A stretch of DNA of 55,033 nt from Parasitella parasitica NRRL 2501 (taxonomy: Eukaryota > Fungi > Mucoromycota). The notes under the pieces were generated by a model that was not told where the DNA came from, ran no database searches, and saw nothing but the letters and a program-made list of their open reading frames with translations. This document shows, piece after piece, positions 44,114-55,033 of this stretch. The stretch is taken from positions 10,733-65,765 of the forward strand of contig MU619302.1 of NCBI GenBank assembly GCA_025201805.1, read 5' to 3'. Position numbers and translations under genes: made by a program. Each line of letters opens with the position of its first letter. Position 1 is the first letter of the stretch.

Positions 44114-46165
44114 ATGTCAGATTTGAAACGTTACAGAGTATCAAAAAACAATTGGAAGACACCTATTGAGGGATCAGAATTCGATTTTGAAGGCCCTAGC
44201 GCAGACTACCTGATTGAACCGTCGCATCTTTACGATCAAGTTATATATCAAAATATCCACGCCGTCAAAGAAGAATGGAGTCTTACTGACAAAAGGTAAA
44301 ATCGCTTGAGCTCATGTAACACTCTGTTTAATTAGAATTGTAGTGACGCATTGTCTTATTTACCCATTATGAAAGATCCGTTGAGAGTGGTACTAGGCAT
44401 TGATGAAAAAAAGACGATAGATATACCCAACGGCGAGTCGATTAAATTAGGTAAATCCGACTAAACTCAATTGAAATTACTCGAATAGTGATAGATGATA
44501 ATAGACGATTACTTCAGATACAAAAAAGGATATGTGATCAATACTGGAGGAAGCATATGGGGATTGGATTTTGCACCGAAATTGCATAATGACACTGATC
44601 CAGCTACACAATATCTTGCTGTTGCTGGCTACAAGGGCACTGTATCAGAGCACCACGAAATAGATGAGATTCAACCCGCTGGGACATACAAAAACGCTAT
44701 TCAAATTTGGAGATTGAGGCTCTCTACCAAGCAACAGTCTGAAGATGCAATTTTAGACATGTGTTTACTGCATGATTTTGGGGTTATCCACGATCTGAAG
44801 TGGTGTCCCTACGGCGTATATGAAGACGAGGTAAGAAATTGCTTGTTTTTACCAACGAACACTGACCAATGCATGGTGTTGTGAAAGGATGTAAACGAAG
44901 GCTTACCGAAATTAGGCTTGCTGGCAATATCATGTGGCGATGGTACAGTAAGAGTTATAGTGGTGCCTCATCCGAATGCCGTCAGAAAATACATGTGCCC
45001 TGAAGATACTGATCCACACAAAACGCTGTATTGTAAGTAAGTCAGATGGCATGGTTGAAATGATTAAACTGAAGAAAATTAGTACGCATCGAGTCATCAA
45101 GATGTACCTTTGCACTTGAAGCGTCAAAATCACTTGCAATAGCATGGGGTGGGCATAAAAAGATTGCCGCAGGATACACGAATGGTAAGTTTGGCAACGA
45201 ATAGTTTATGAGAACACTGCTTGATTTTGCTATTGAAAATAACAGGTGTTGTCGCTGTGTGGGATGTGGAATCAGCGCTCAACAGCCACGAAACATGCAC
45301 AAAAGAAAACTCAAAAAAGTATATGAAACTATCCTTTTATTGTCTGGATTCAGGTGTCAGATGCATAACATGGAATGGGCACGATAACCCCGACAGATTG
45401 CTGTTTGGTGGATATGATGGACAATTAGTTTTAGTGGACACAAATGATCCATTTATTCACTTGGTTTTAAACAGAGCGAGATGTAGGACGTTGTTTACTA
45501 ATTTATATGCCACCAAGCGTTGACGCCTTTCTTGTTTAGCTATTATGCATAGTTGTTCATGGCCAGGACATTCATCTATGATGCTGTTTAATGACGGTGA
45601 GAATATGGTTCGAGGAATTTCTTTAAATTCAGATGGTTCGATATCCACGGGAAGGTATGGTGAATTGCCCGGCATGTGTTGGTCCATAGCAACATCGGAG
45701 TTTCATGGCCAGTATGCAAGCGGCACTGCGGCTGGATACGTGCATTCTGCCAACATATACCACATCAAGGGAAAAGGATTGAATAGTATAAATGTTGTGC
45801 ATAGGCTCTTTTATAACGAGACTACAAATGAGTATCGATATATCGACGGCATGGGATTATTGGTAAGAAAGTAATCAAGCCCTTGTTCGAGTTCACTAAA
45901 AAAAAATCCCTCCATAATTTGGTAGAATGTGACGGAAGCCAGGACTATCTCATCATATCCAGTATACAGTAAAACACAAATGGCAATTCAGAGGGTAGCA
46001 CAAAAACACCAAATGAAATGGTCGCATAGGCATATGCGCTAATAATTTTATTTTTTCTAGGTTGTTTGGAATCCTAATCAACCAACATGTGGATTTCTTG
46101 CGTCTGGTGGAGCTTCTGGTCTATGCCGCGTAGAATTTGAAGGCAGAGGAAGCAAATGGATATAA
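44114..46165 (+). CDS. WD40 protein, TFIIIC subunit Tfc6/GTF3C2-like
   Basis: INTGGSIWGLDFAP, QYLAVAG, IQIWRL, DLKWCP, KLGLLAISCGDGTVRVIVVPHP, and C-terminal VVWNPN...GFLASGGASGLCRVEF. Many introns. Confidence 0.75.
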
Positions 46166-46388
46166 ACAAATGGATAAAAGTTCAGGCGCCTTTTTTTGAT
46201 AATCCTTATTATCTTTGGAAGGGGGGCCATCGTGGGATCGTATTTACTTCTTCTTTTGATATTAGCGGACAAATGTATACCAATCGTGCTATAAAAAATA
46301 AAAATAAAAAAGTATAAAAGCCCTGGATTTGTGTAATTCAGTCTTCTGTTTCCTCTTCTTCCTTGTAAGCCTTATTATAAGTATAACA

Positions 46389-47151
46389 ATGACTGCCGTA
46401 AGTACAGCAATCGACTTTGAAGCTTCCATCAACGAAAAATCGCAATACATTGTCGAAGAAATTGAAAATGCCGAGCAAACTTTGTCTGATCAAGAAGAAA
46501 CAATCAATTTGCTCAAAGAACTTCGTTCTTCCGATGAATGGGAAGAAGTGGAAGCTTACAAATATTTAACTGAGTCGGCTCGATCTCACTCGCTTACTGC
46601 AACTACATTAAGAGGCCCTGGCTTAATCGCTAAAAGGCCTACCAAGTTTTTTAACAAAGAAAAAACTTCATGTGTCATGTTTACCCATTTCGGAAGCAAT
46701 TTGTAAGCACAAATCAGTGTAGTGGCCCCTTAAACCCCTTCATGTATTAATCTGTCTTGTTTTTGATGCAATTCTAGATGTGGCCATGATGGTATTATCC
46801 ATGGTGGTTTAGCTGCCACAGTATTAGACGAAATGTTGGCATATGTGGTAAATATACCAATAATCCTTGATTTGTCATATAATTAACGGCTGGTGTGTGT
46901 GTTTTTTTTTCCAGACAATCCCAAGCCTACCTGGGTCTACTGGATTCACTGCTAATTTAAATGTCAATTATCGCAAACCCATCCGTTCCAATCAATGGGT
47001 GGTTATTCGCGGTGAATTAGAAAGGGTCGAGGGTAGAAAAGCTTGGGGAAAAGCCTGGATCGAGACTAAAGATGATACACCTGTCATTTTGACTGAGGCA
47101 ACCGCACTCTATATTAGTCCTCGCTCTCAAGGGCCTATTACAAAATTTTAA
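46389..47151 (+). CDS. Hotdog-fold acyl-CoA thioesterase (PaaI/THEM4-like)
   Basis: HSLTATTLRGPG, NL|CGHDGIIHGGLAATVLDE, FTANLNVNYRKP. Two introns. Confidence 0.88.
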
Positions 47152-48033
47152 AGCTATATACCTTATCAATAGAACGTTGATTTGTTTGATTTATTTAATA
47201 AATGCCATGGATGTATATTAATTTTAACTATTTAATAAACTAATGTGCCACGAACGAAGCACTATGACATTGAAAAAAAAAACATATGTTAAAGCAAGAG
47301 CCTGCACAATTATAATCATTTCAACCAAGGGAGAGCTGGCAAAACATCCGTCTCCAATAAACCAGAGGCAAAGTTCAATAAGTTAAAAAAAAAACTATGG
47401 CTTTTCATTCCATGTCTGATCTCTCGTAAGTGAATGACACTCTTCACAAAGCTCCAAGCTTTTGGTGAATTCGTATGACTTGATATCGCGTGTATGCCGT
47501 ATCTGCCCCGCAAAGAAGCGATAATGCTATAAGAAAGGAATGAAAATTATACAGCATTGTCGCTGATGGCATACCACTACTTTTAAAACCACTGCAATGC
47601 ACCATTCAAATTCAGAACCTCGAAACTAATACTTTTGGAGAAGCTTGGCATGCTACATCTACTGTTGTGCGATGCGGTCATATTTATTGTATAGAAGTAG
47701 CACGAACATTTTGATAGTAGTGAATACATCATAGCCTCAACTCTCATCCTCGACAACTCGCATCTTTGTGACACTTGGAACCCAACTCCAAGATGAAGAT
47801 CATTGTCAGATTAATCCAAAAAAGCAGCAATAGAAAAACTTGCCATGTTGCAAAGTCAAGTAATGTACTTTGTAATCGAATTCTTATAACGAAATCACAT
47901 TGCCCCAAGGAAGCATGTTCTCATGATAAAATCGATATCTATGAATTCCGGTCACGATGCAATCTTGTCTATACCATATAAGAAGGCCTTTTTTCTTTTT
48001 CAACTTTCTCTGCTAATATTGCACAGCAAAGGG

Positions 48034-49377
48034 ATGGCAGATACAAAACATGAGGGCCTCATGTCTCTTTTGGACAATGATCTTTACAAGTTTACTATGC
48101 AGTATGTAGTTTTCAAACACTACAAAGACATTTCTGTCGTGTATCAGTTTACCAACCGCGATAAAAACCTTCAGTTGAACAGCGAAGCTGCTGAATGGCT
48201 CGGGAAGCAGGTTAAAGGTATTGCACACACCGTTAATTATCACATGTCTTGCTGAATCTTCTTGAAGGCATGGGCCATCTGAAATTGACAGAGAGTGAGC
48301 GTGAGTATATGTCACGCCTCGAGTTCTTGGATGCCGACTATGTTGACTATCTTGCTCAGTTTCAATATAAGCCTGAAGAACAAGTGTTTATGAATTACGA
48401 CGAAGCAACTGGCGATCTGGAGTTGGAGGTTAGAGGTAACTGGCTCGAGACTATCTTGTACGAGGTGCCTCTTTTGGCATTGATCTCTGAGGCTTATTTT
48501 CGCTATACGGACCGTGATTGGAATTACGATAACCAAGCTGAAAATGCTGCTAAAAAGACACAAGAATTATTGAAACACGGATGTACCTTCTCTGAATTTG
48601 GCACTCGCAGACGAAGAGATTTCAAAACTCATGATTTAGTCATGTGCGAGATTAATGAGCAGTATAAACGCAGTGTCGCTGCCAATCAATCGTCCAAGGG
48701 AAACTGTGCGGGTACCAGCAACGTCTTGCTTGCGATGAAGTATGGCGTAAAGCCCATTGGTACAGTGGGTAAGTCATTTGTTTACTTTGAATGCAACCTG
48801 TATATTTATAGCTGACTCTCTCGTAGCCCATGAGTTCTTCATGGCTATTTCTGCATTGAATGGCGTTAAGCATGCTAACCGCGATACACTGAATATCTGG
48901 TATGATGTGTACAAGGGGAATCTCGGTATTGCGTTGACAGATACGTTCACGACACCCATTTTCCTCAAGGATTTCGACCATAATCTTGCTAGTAAATATG
49001 CTGGCGTCCGTCAAGACTCTGGCAATGCGTCAGAGTTTATACAAACCATGGTAGCACACTACAAATCACTAGGCATAGATCCCAGCACAAAAACCATCGT
49101 CTTTTCTGATTCCTTGAATGTGGAACGTGCTATCAATCTTCAAGACCAAGCACTCAAAGCTGGCATCAACGCAAGTTTCGGCATCGGCACTTTTCTGACC
49201 AATGATTTCCAAAAGGCCAGCGATAAAAACGTTAAGAGTAAGGCTTTAAATATTGTGATCAAGCTCAAGGAGTGCCATGGCAAGCGTGTTATCAAACTTA
49301 GTGATGACTCGTTAAAACACAGTGCTGACCAAGCTACCATCTTGGCCTTCAAAAAAGAATTGGGCATTGATAACTAG
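48034..49377 (+). CDS. NPT1: Nicotinate phosphoribosyltransferase
   Basis: SLLDNDLYKFTM, ILYEVPLLALISE, FSEFGTRRR, GTSNV, GTV|AHE, ALTDTF, GVRQDSG, FSDSL, FGIGTFLTND, KLSD. Confidence 0.95.
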
Positions 49378-50172
49378 GCCCGTTATTACTCTGCATGTAT
49401 TATCATAAACTAGTAAATGCTATAACAAAGCATGCGGTATTGTTGTCTTGATAACACTGCCTTGGAATGAGAGCTACTGCTATGGTCACGATAAGACCTT
49501 GGGAGTGTACCGCAATCATTTCTTATCGAGGCTGTATCCGATGCTCTATTTTCATCATTCACATACATTATATAAACATTTTCGTTTGATGGGTCAAACC
49601 TTGTAAAAACTGAAACACAATTGTAGCATAGCATGTTTTACAAAAACAAAGATGCACGCTGTGGTTGTGTTAAAATTGTATATTAAATGTGTTGTAATTG
49701 CAACGCGTTAATGAATCAACATTTGCTTCTGTTGTCAACTCGATGGGGGGTTTGCAAAAGCGAGAAAGCCTCGTAACGCTGTGAGTGATGTTGCTTCCAG
49801 AGGATGCTGCTGGGGTCGTTCACTTGCAACTTGACGCATGTGTACATTATACATGGAGTGTCACAACGTGGGCATTGTCCTCTTGAACATAGAGCACAAT
49901 CTCATTTCATTAAAATATATATCAATATCTACTAGTCGTATATTGCACTTTCATTTGTGACACTATGTTGCCATTATCTACGGTATTTGTGTTTCTCCTG
50001 CATGACCAAAGCTGAGTATTCAGTGGAAGAAGGAGGGGGGGGGGTGCCGTGTAGTATATGTAATAGACACTCTTATTTGAGGAGCAAAAAAAAAAAAAGT
50101 ATAAAATAGGCAAACGCCCATTGTTTCTTGCTCTTCCTCTCTCTTCCTTCTTTACACTCAAAACACTTTGAC

Positions 50173-51781
50173 ATGGACATTGTCGAAAAAGTTGATATCC
50201 CAAACGATGCTGGCAAAGTGGACACAGGCATTTTCCTAAATAGCTTTGTTCTGCCTTCCCAATCAATCATCAATCATGACTTGACACCACTCAAATTCAA
50301 CGACATAGGCGACAGCACAGACTTGGCAAAATCCGAAAAAGTGCCACTATTTGTCGCAAACCTGATCGACTTCCATAACGACGATGATAGGGTGATGACA
50401 AACCATGCGACTCTATCATCTTCTACACATGCACCATCTAATCCTATTTGGTATGAATCACATTGATTCCTGTATCGAAATACTAATATGTTGTCATATA
50501 CCTACATTTGTAGGACGCCAACAGACAAACATACCCAAATTGCGCCAAACGGGTATAATGATTGGATCAAAACCCATACAAGCCATATCTGTAGTGGCGG
50601 AAAACTATCATTCTTGTCCTCGCTTTCGTTCGATACTGTCACAGACGACGACAGTAATAGCAGTGAAAGTGGCGCAAGTGATGAAGATGACGAGCTTGTT
50701 ACTCCAACAGCAGTAGTTGCAAGCGCCTTACCTGCAATGCCAGGTTTGTCTTTATTTTTATTTTTATTTTTTTATTTTTGGACTTGCAAAGGTATTAATC
50801 GGCATTAAAATAGACATGTTGGAGAGGGAGCAACCAGCTAAAAGGAAACAGGAGACTAATGAAGTTCTCCTTTGCCGCCAAGCAAATTGTACTGACCAGG
50901 AGATGTCATTGACGCAAATCGAAACGACTGACCACCCACAGCCTGCCGCTACTCGCAGTACCGCCGCACAGCAAATAAAGCAACAGCTGCATCGAGCAGT
51001 AACAACTGGATCTTCTAGTGCGCTTGGCGCAGACCATCATTCGAAGAAAGATGGCAAAAAGTCTTGGTTCAGCGGACTGCTACATGACCTTAAAAAGACG
51101 GGCAAGCCTCAAAAACCAAAGAAATCAGGGCTATCGAGTCTATTCTCAAGATCCAGTGAAAAGCAGAAATCACCACATGTTAAACAATCCACATTCACAA
51201 CCGAACCGCCAAAAAAACTTAAAAAGAAGATACTAGATTCAGTCCAAAGGAATAGTAAACCGCTACCTCAGCAATACTCTCCCAGCACGGAACGCGCTCT
51301 TTATCGTTTATCTCATGTCAAATTAGGCAACCCCAAGCGTCCTCTACAGCAGCAAGTGGTAATTTCAAACATGATCAACTGCTATTTGATGACGCAGCAG
51401 CAGCAGCAGCAGCAAATCTACCACCATAATGAACGCCAACAAGTCTATTTCAATAATATATACCAAGCAACCTATCAATCATTTGAACCACCTGCTCCTG
51501 GTGGTAAATATCACCAGCATCAACCCCATTTTCACTCATACCCCACTCTGCCTCATCGGCAACAGCAGATATCTAGCCACCCAAACCCATATGTACAGCA
51601 AACACCACCACCGCATTTTAATGAAGAAAATGCACCCGTAATTACCGAGAAACCGAAACCCCCAAGCACTGCTAGTCAGAATAAAAAGAAGAAATACAAG
51701 CCAGTTCCTAATAGTGAATATAGTCCGTTGGCCCTTGACAACAGTACTGGGACCCAGAGCTTCCAAAAGATAGACATATAA
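50173..51781 (+). CDS. Zds1-like protein with Zds_C domain (putative PP2A-Cdc55 regulator)
   Basis: ERALYRLSHVKLGNPKRPLQQQVVISNM matches the Zds_C motif. The rest is low complexity. Two predicted introns (~50451-50513, ~50744-50814). Confidence 0.75.
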
Positions 51782-51996
51782 TAAATTTTATCCTGATTTT
51801 GTGTACCATTCTGTATGGATGTTCTATGGGGACAGCTGTAGAGAAACCCATATTTTGAGGCTCAAAACAATGTTTCACTAGTTGCCGTCTGCAGGGTATC
51901 ATCACAATGCAGTATTGTGGTATATGATGATTTGATTTTACAAACGAGTATTAAAATAGAATTGCTATATTGACAGAAATATCATTGCAAGTTGCA

Positions 51997-53493
51997 CAGT
52001 GGTTCCACTGCCAATTTGAGGATTTTATACGAACTTTTAAAATAAAAATTGGGGGTTTAACAAAAAAATTTGCAGTGATTGTTCGAAGTTCAATTCACGG
52101 ATTTGTAAGAAATAATTTCACAGATATTTTTTCACCTTCTAAAAAAATGAAATCGCTAGTATTTTTAAAGGAAGACGGCAAAGGAAATATTTACGACGAG
52201 AATGGAGCTGAAGCAATCGACATTGTTGATGAGAAGCCTGATCCTTACGCTTTAAAGCAATTAGTTAATCTTGATTCTTACCTAAAAGAAAGCGCTAAGT
52301 TTCCCACCAACGATAAACACATTGGACAAAGCGAAGAAGAAATAGGAACAACTATGAAAATAAGTGCAGAACGCTTAACTAAGTATATGACATATGGTTC
52401 TGGCACAAAACCAGTACAAAGTCCAGTGCCTATTTTCGGTTAGAGCTGCGGCTCTTGAAGCAGGCGTCAAAGAAAGTACTGCTCGCGCCTGGTGGAAAAG
52501 CATCCAGACTCTTTTACTCTTGAAAAGAAAACCAATATTCAAAACAGGCCGAAATCACAGCTACAGGAAGAGCATAAGCAATGTTTAATTAAGTTTTACG
52601 ATGATGACCCAGGTGCCTATATTCAAGACGCTGTTGAGATGCTTACCAGCAAGTTTGCTGGTCTTGAGATCAAGAAATCAAGAGTACATGAGTTTATGAG
52701 AGACGATTGTAACCTCTCTTTTAAGAAAGCTACTTTTTGATCCGAGGCAAGAACAAGCTCAGATACCATCCAAAAACGTTACGATTGGGTCGTCGCATGG
52801 AGTAATTCATATTTGGATTTTTCTAAAAACTGCGTTTTTATCGATGAAGCTGGCTTCCATATCAACATGAAAGCGAGTTGAGCATGGGCTCCCAGAGGGC
52901 AAATGGCAGTGGTCACCACCCCTACGACAAAAGCACCTAAACATACCATTATTGGCGCCATATCATCTGTAGGTGTGGTAAACCTGAGTCTTCGTGTACC
53001 AAAGCAACAGCCAAAGGTAAGGAAGATCCAGGGTGGCAAAAAGAGAAAAAGCCCTGAAGCAGCTTCTAGAGAAGAAGGGCCAAAAGACACAACTGCCGGT
53101 CATTATTTAAGATTCTTAAGGGAGACCTTGGATATTATGGACAAGCATGATCAAATGAAAGGTTTTTATCTGATTATGGACAATGCACCGATCCATTCGT
53201 CTAAACAAATAGAAGAAATTATCTATGAAAGAGGTCGGGACTATAAGTACGTTTATCTTCCTCCTTATTTACCAGAGCTCAATCCAATTGAACAGTTCTG
53301 GGCATTGGTAAAAGGCAAAATGAAGCGCCACAAGCTTGAAGATGCAGAAACACTCCCAGACAGAGTTATTGATGCTGCAAATGAAGTCCCTATCCAGCAT
53401 CTCCAAAATATAATTCAGCACTCAAAAGACCATTTTGTAAACTGTTTAAACCACATCCCAATCAAAGTGTTTGTATCAGAAGATGAAAAATAG
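51997..53493 (+). mobile_element. Inactive Tc1/mariner-IS630 (DDE_3) transposon
   Basis: HTH region (SVRAAALEAGVKESTARAW), FIDEAGF, IMDNAPIH and YLPPYLPELNPIEQFW, with 36 residues between the second D and the E. One frameshift near 52420 and TGA stops at 52738 and 52879. Candidate left end CAGTGG at 51997; no matching right TIR found. Confidence 0.9.
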
Positions 53494-54319
53494 AAAATAA
53501 ACAAAGGTAAGAAAGAAAAACACCAAAAGAAGTAAGTGAGATTCTCTCTAGTTGAGAAGTAGTTTTTTATTTCGAAGTGAAGTCCAAAGTTCGAAAAGAA
53601 TAAAATATAAAATAATAGAGCCTTTATATAGTTTCTTGAGATTTGACACCTAGAAGTCGTACCAATTTCAATGATATTATCTAATTGGGTTATAAGATTA
53701 TATAATGATGGTTTATAATAATATTATGGTACGAGGTTTAAGATTGTATTATAGAATTCCAAATGAGTAATTAAAGTAGTGCTTAGGATATGATCTGATT
53801 CTTGGTTAAAGTAAATTATCCAATAGCGTAATTAGTAGTGTGGTTTCAGTTATAAGTGTTTGTTCCTGACATGATAAAATAAAATATCCTGCGTGAATGT
53901 CCAAGCTGTTGCCATGCTGCGTATCGAACCTGGGTATTTTGACAATCCTCAACATTTGGCAATTCGGGTTCCATGTCGACATCCATGGCATCGACCTATT
54001 AACAGAGAAACTAAAATTAATGCACTTTGAAGAAAAAAGGAGCAAGTAAATCTATGAACAGATTTATAAAATCCTCAAGTCTTGAGACACCTAAAGCTAT
54101 TTTTTCACATTGGTGGGAGCCTCAGGCATAATAAAAACCTTCGCCACTGCTTTCAATGGGAACAGAAACAGACAACGTCCAGAAGGCTCCTTCACTACTT
54201 CAGAAACGCGTCAATAGTATTTATGGCAAGACGAGAGTGAAGTAAACTAGAGAAGCATCCAAGTGTTTACCATAGACCTGATCAGCTAAACAACACCCAG
54301 CTCTCCATAACATGCACTA

Positions 54320-55033
54320 CCAGCGACAGACCATATCGCTATGACATAGATATATGGTACTATCACCTCACTTGGGAAGATCGACTAAGCTAGGCAACGC
54401 AGACTAGAAGATTCCTTTGTCACTGATGAATCTTTATAAATAGTCTTGCCAGAATATTACACTTTTATTAATAAGACATCCTCTGGATGTATTTATACAC
54501 ATTCATTATAACTAATACGAGGGTTTGACTATCTAAGACTATATGATGTTGTTGTGTGGTGGCGCATACCAGGTCGTCTCTTTGCCTCTCCCACATGTAG
54601 TCAAACAATCAGAACACCCCCCATATAAATATTATATAGGTTATCTTAGTTAAACAAATAAACAAGAGTCTTTATTCCCATAACCATTAGTTCTGGTAGC
54701 TTTGGTTATATCTCTGTTGTGTGTTGTATATTCGTATTGAGTAATCGCTTAGTTTTAAATCCTAAATCAGGTAAATATCGGTCCCCGCAACAATGTAAAT
54801 CAATGCAGCTGCACTGGATTTACTAAGACACCAATAATAGACTTGGACCTTGGATGTGAAACCTGGGGTATAAGAATTGACATAACAACTGAGAAAGGAC
54901 TTGAGAACACCTAAAATAAAAATTAGTACACCTTGTAATAAATCCGCGAGATATCACCACACAAGGAATTGTGCATTTCTACAGCGACATGCGCTTCCAG
55001 TGACAGACCATATCGCTATAACATAGATATATG
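54320..55033 (+). repeat. Direct repeat (period ~677 bp), LTR-like; second copy runs off the window
   Basis: ccagcgacagaccatatcgctatgacatagatatatg (54320) vs ccagtgacagaccatatcgctataacatagatatatg (54997), 35/37 identical. The first copy contains TATA-like and AATAAA elements. Confidence 0.6.

Noticed and set aside
47316-47774. Possible MULE/SWIM remnant (CSCYFY...H) on the minus strand
   Set aside because: Only a partial motif, insufficient to call.
52738-52881. TGA-as-Trp recoding of the transposase
   Set aside because: Neighbouring genes use TGA as stop and TGG for Trp, and the element also has a frameshift, so simple decay explains it.
53806-54320. Possible Fanzor/TnpB cargo downstream of the Tc1 element
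   Set aside because: No RuvC or zinc-finger motifs recognised. Only a degraded knuckle-like QQLGHSRR on the minus strand, probably from another TE.

Overview
Eukaryotic, intron-rich, AT-rich DNA, most likely from a Mucorales fungus. This is inferred from short GT-AG introns, a SAM-domain kinesin-13 and TE/nuclease families typical of Mucorales. Three N gaps are present (about 2924-3543, 29644-29683, 41672-41681). About 17 apparently intact genes were assembled by hand: a beta-TrCP/FWD-1-like F-box WD40 protein, kinesin-13, a multi-TM membrane protein, mitochondrial SSB, an LRRC40-like protein, dipeptidyl peptidase IV, a PAM2+Alba-like protein, ERG24, septin Cdc11, a small secreted protein, a PDK/BCKDK-like protein, an Atf1-like bZIP, KGD2, a Tfc6-like WD40 protein, a hotdog thioesterase, NPT1 and a Zds_C protein. 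Both window ends and several intergenic spaces hold decayed mobile DNA: two LINE relics, a MULE transposase, a Tc1/IS630 transposase, an LTR-like repeat and two PD-(D/E)xK-like nuclease pseudogenes. Best leads are (1) an intact PDK/BCKDK homologue lacking all GHKL ATP-binding motifs, a candidate mitochondrial pseudokinase; (2) a PAM2 + Alba-like protein; (3) an Rpn-like nuclease ORF directly behind a 4x ~17-bp repeat array; (4) a hidden, degenerate 1-1.4 kb tandem triplication in a gene-free 5 kb interval. All family calls are from motif recognition by eye, no database searches were run, and exon boundaries are manual predictions.
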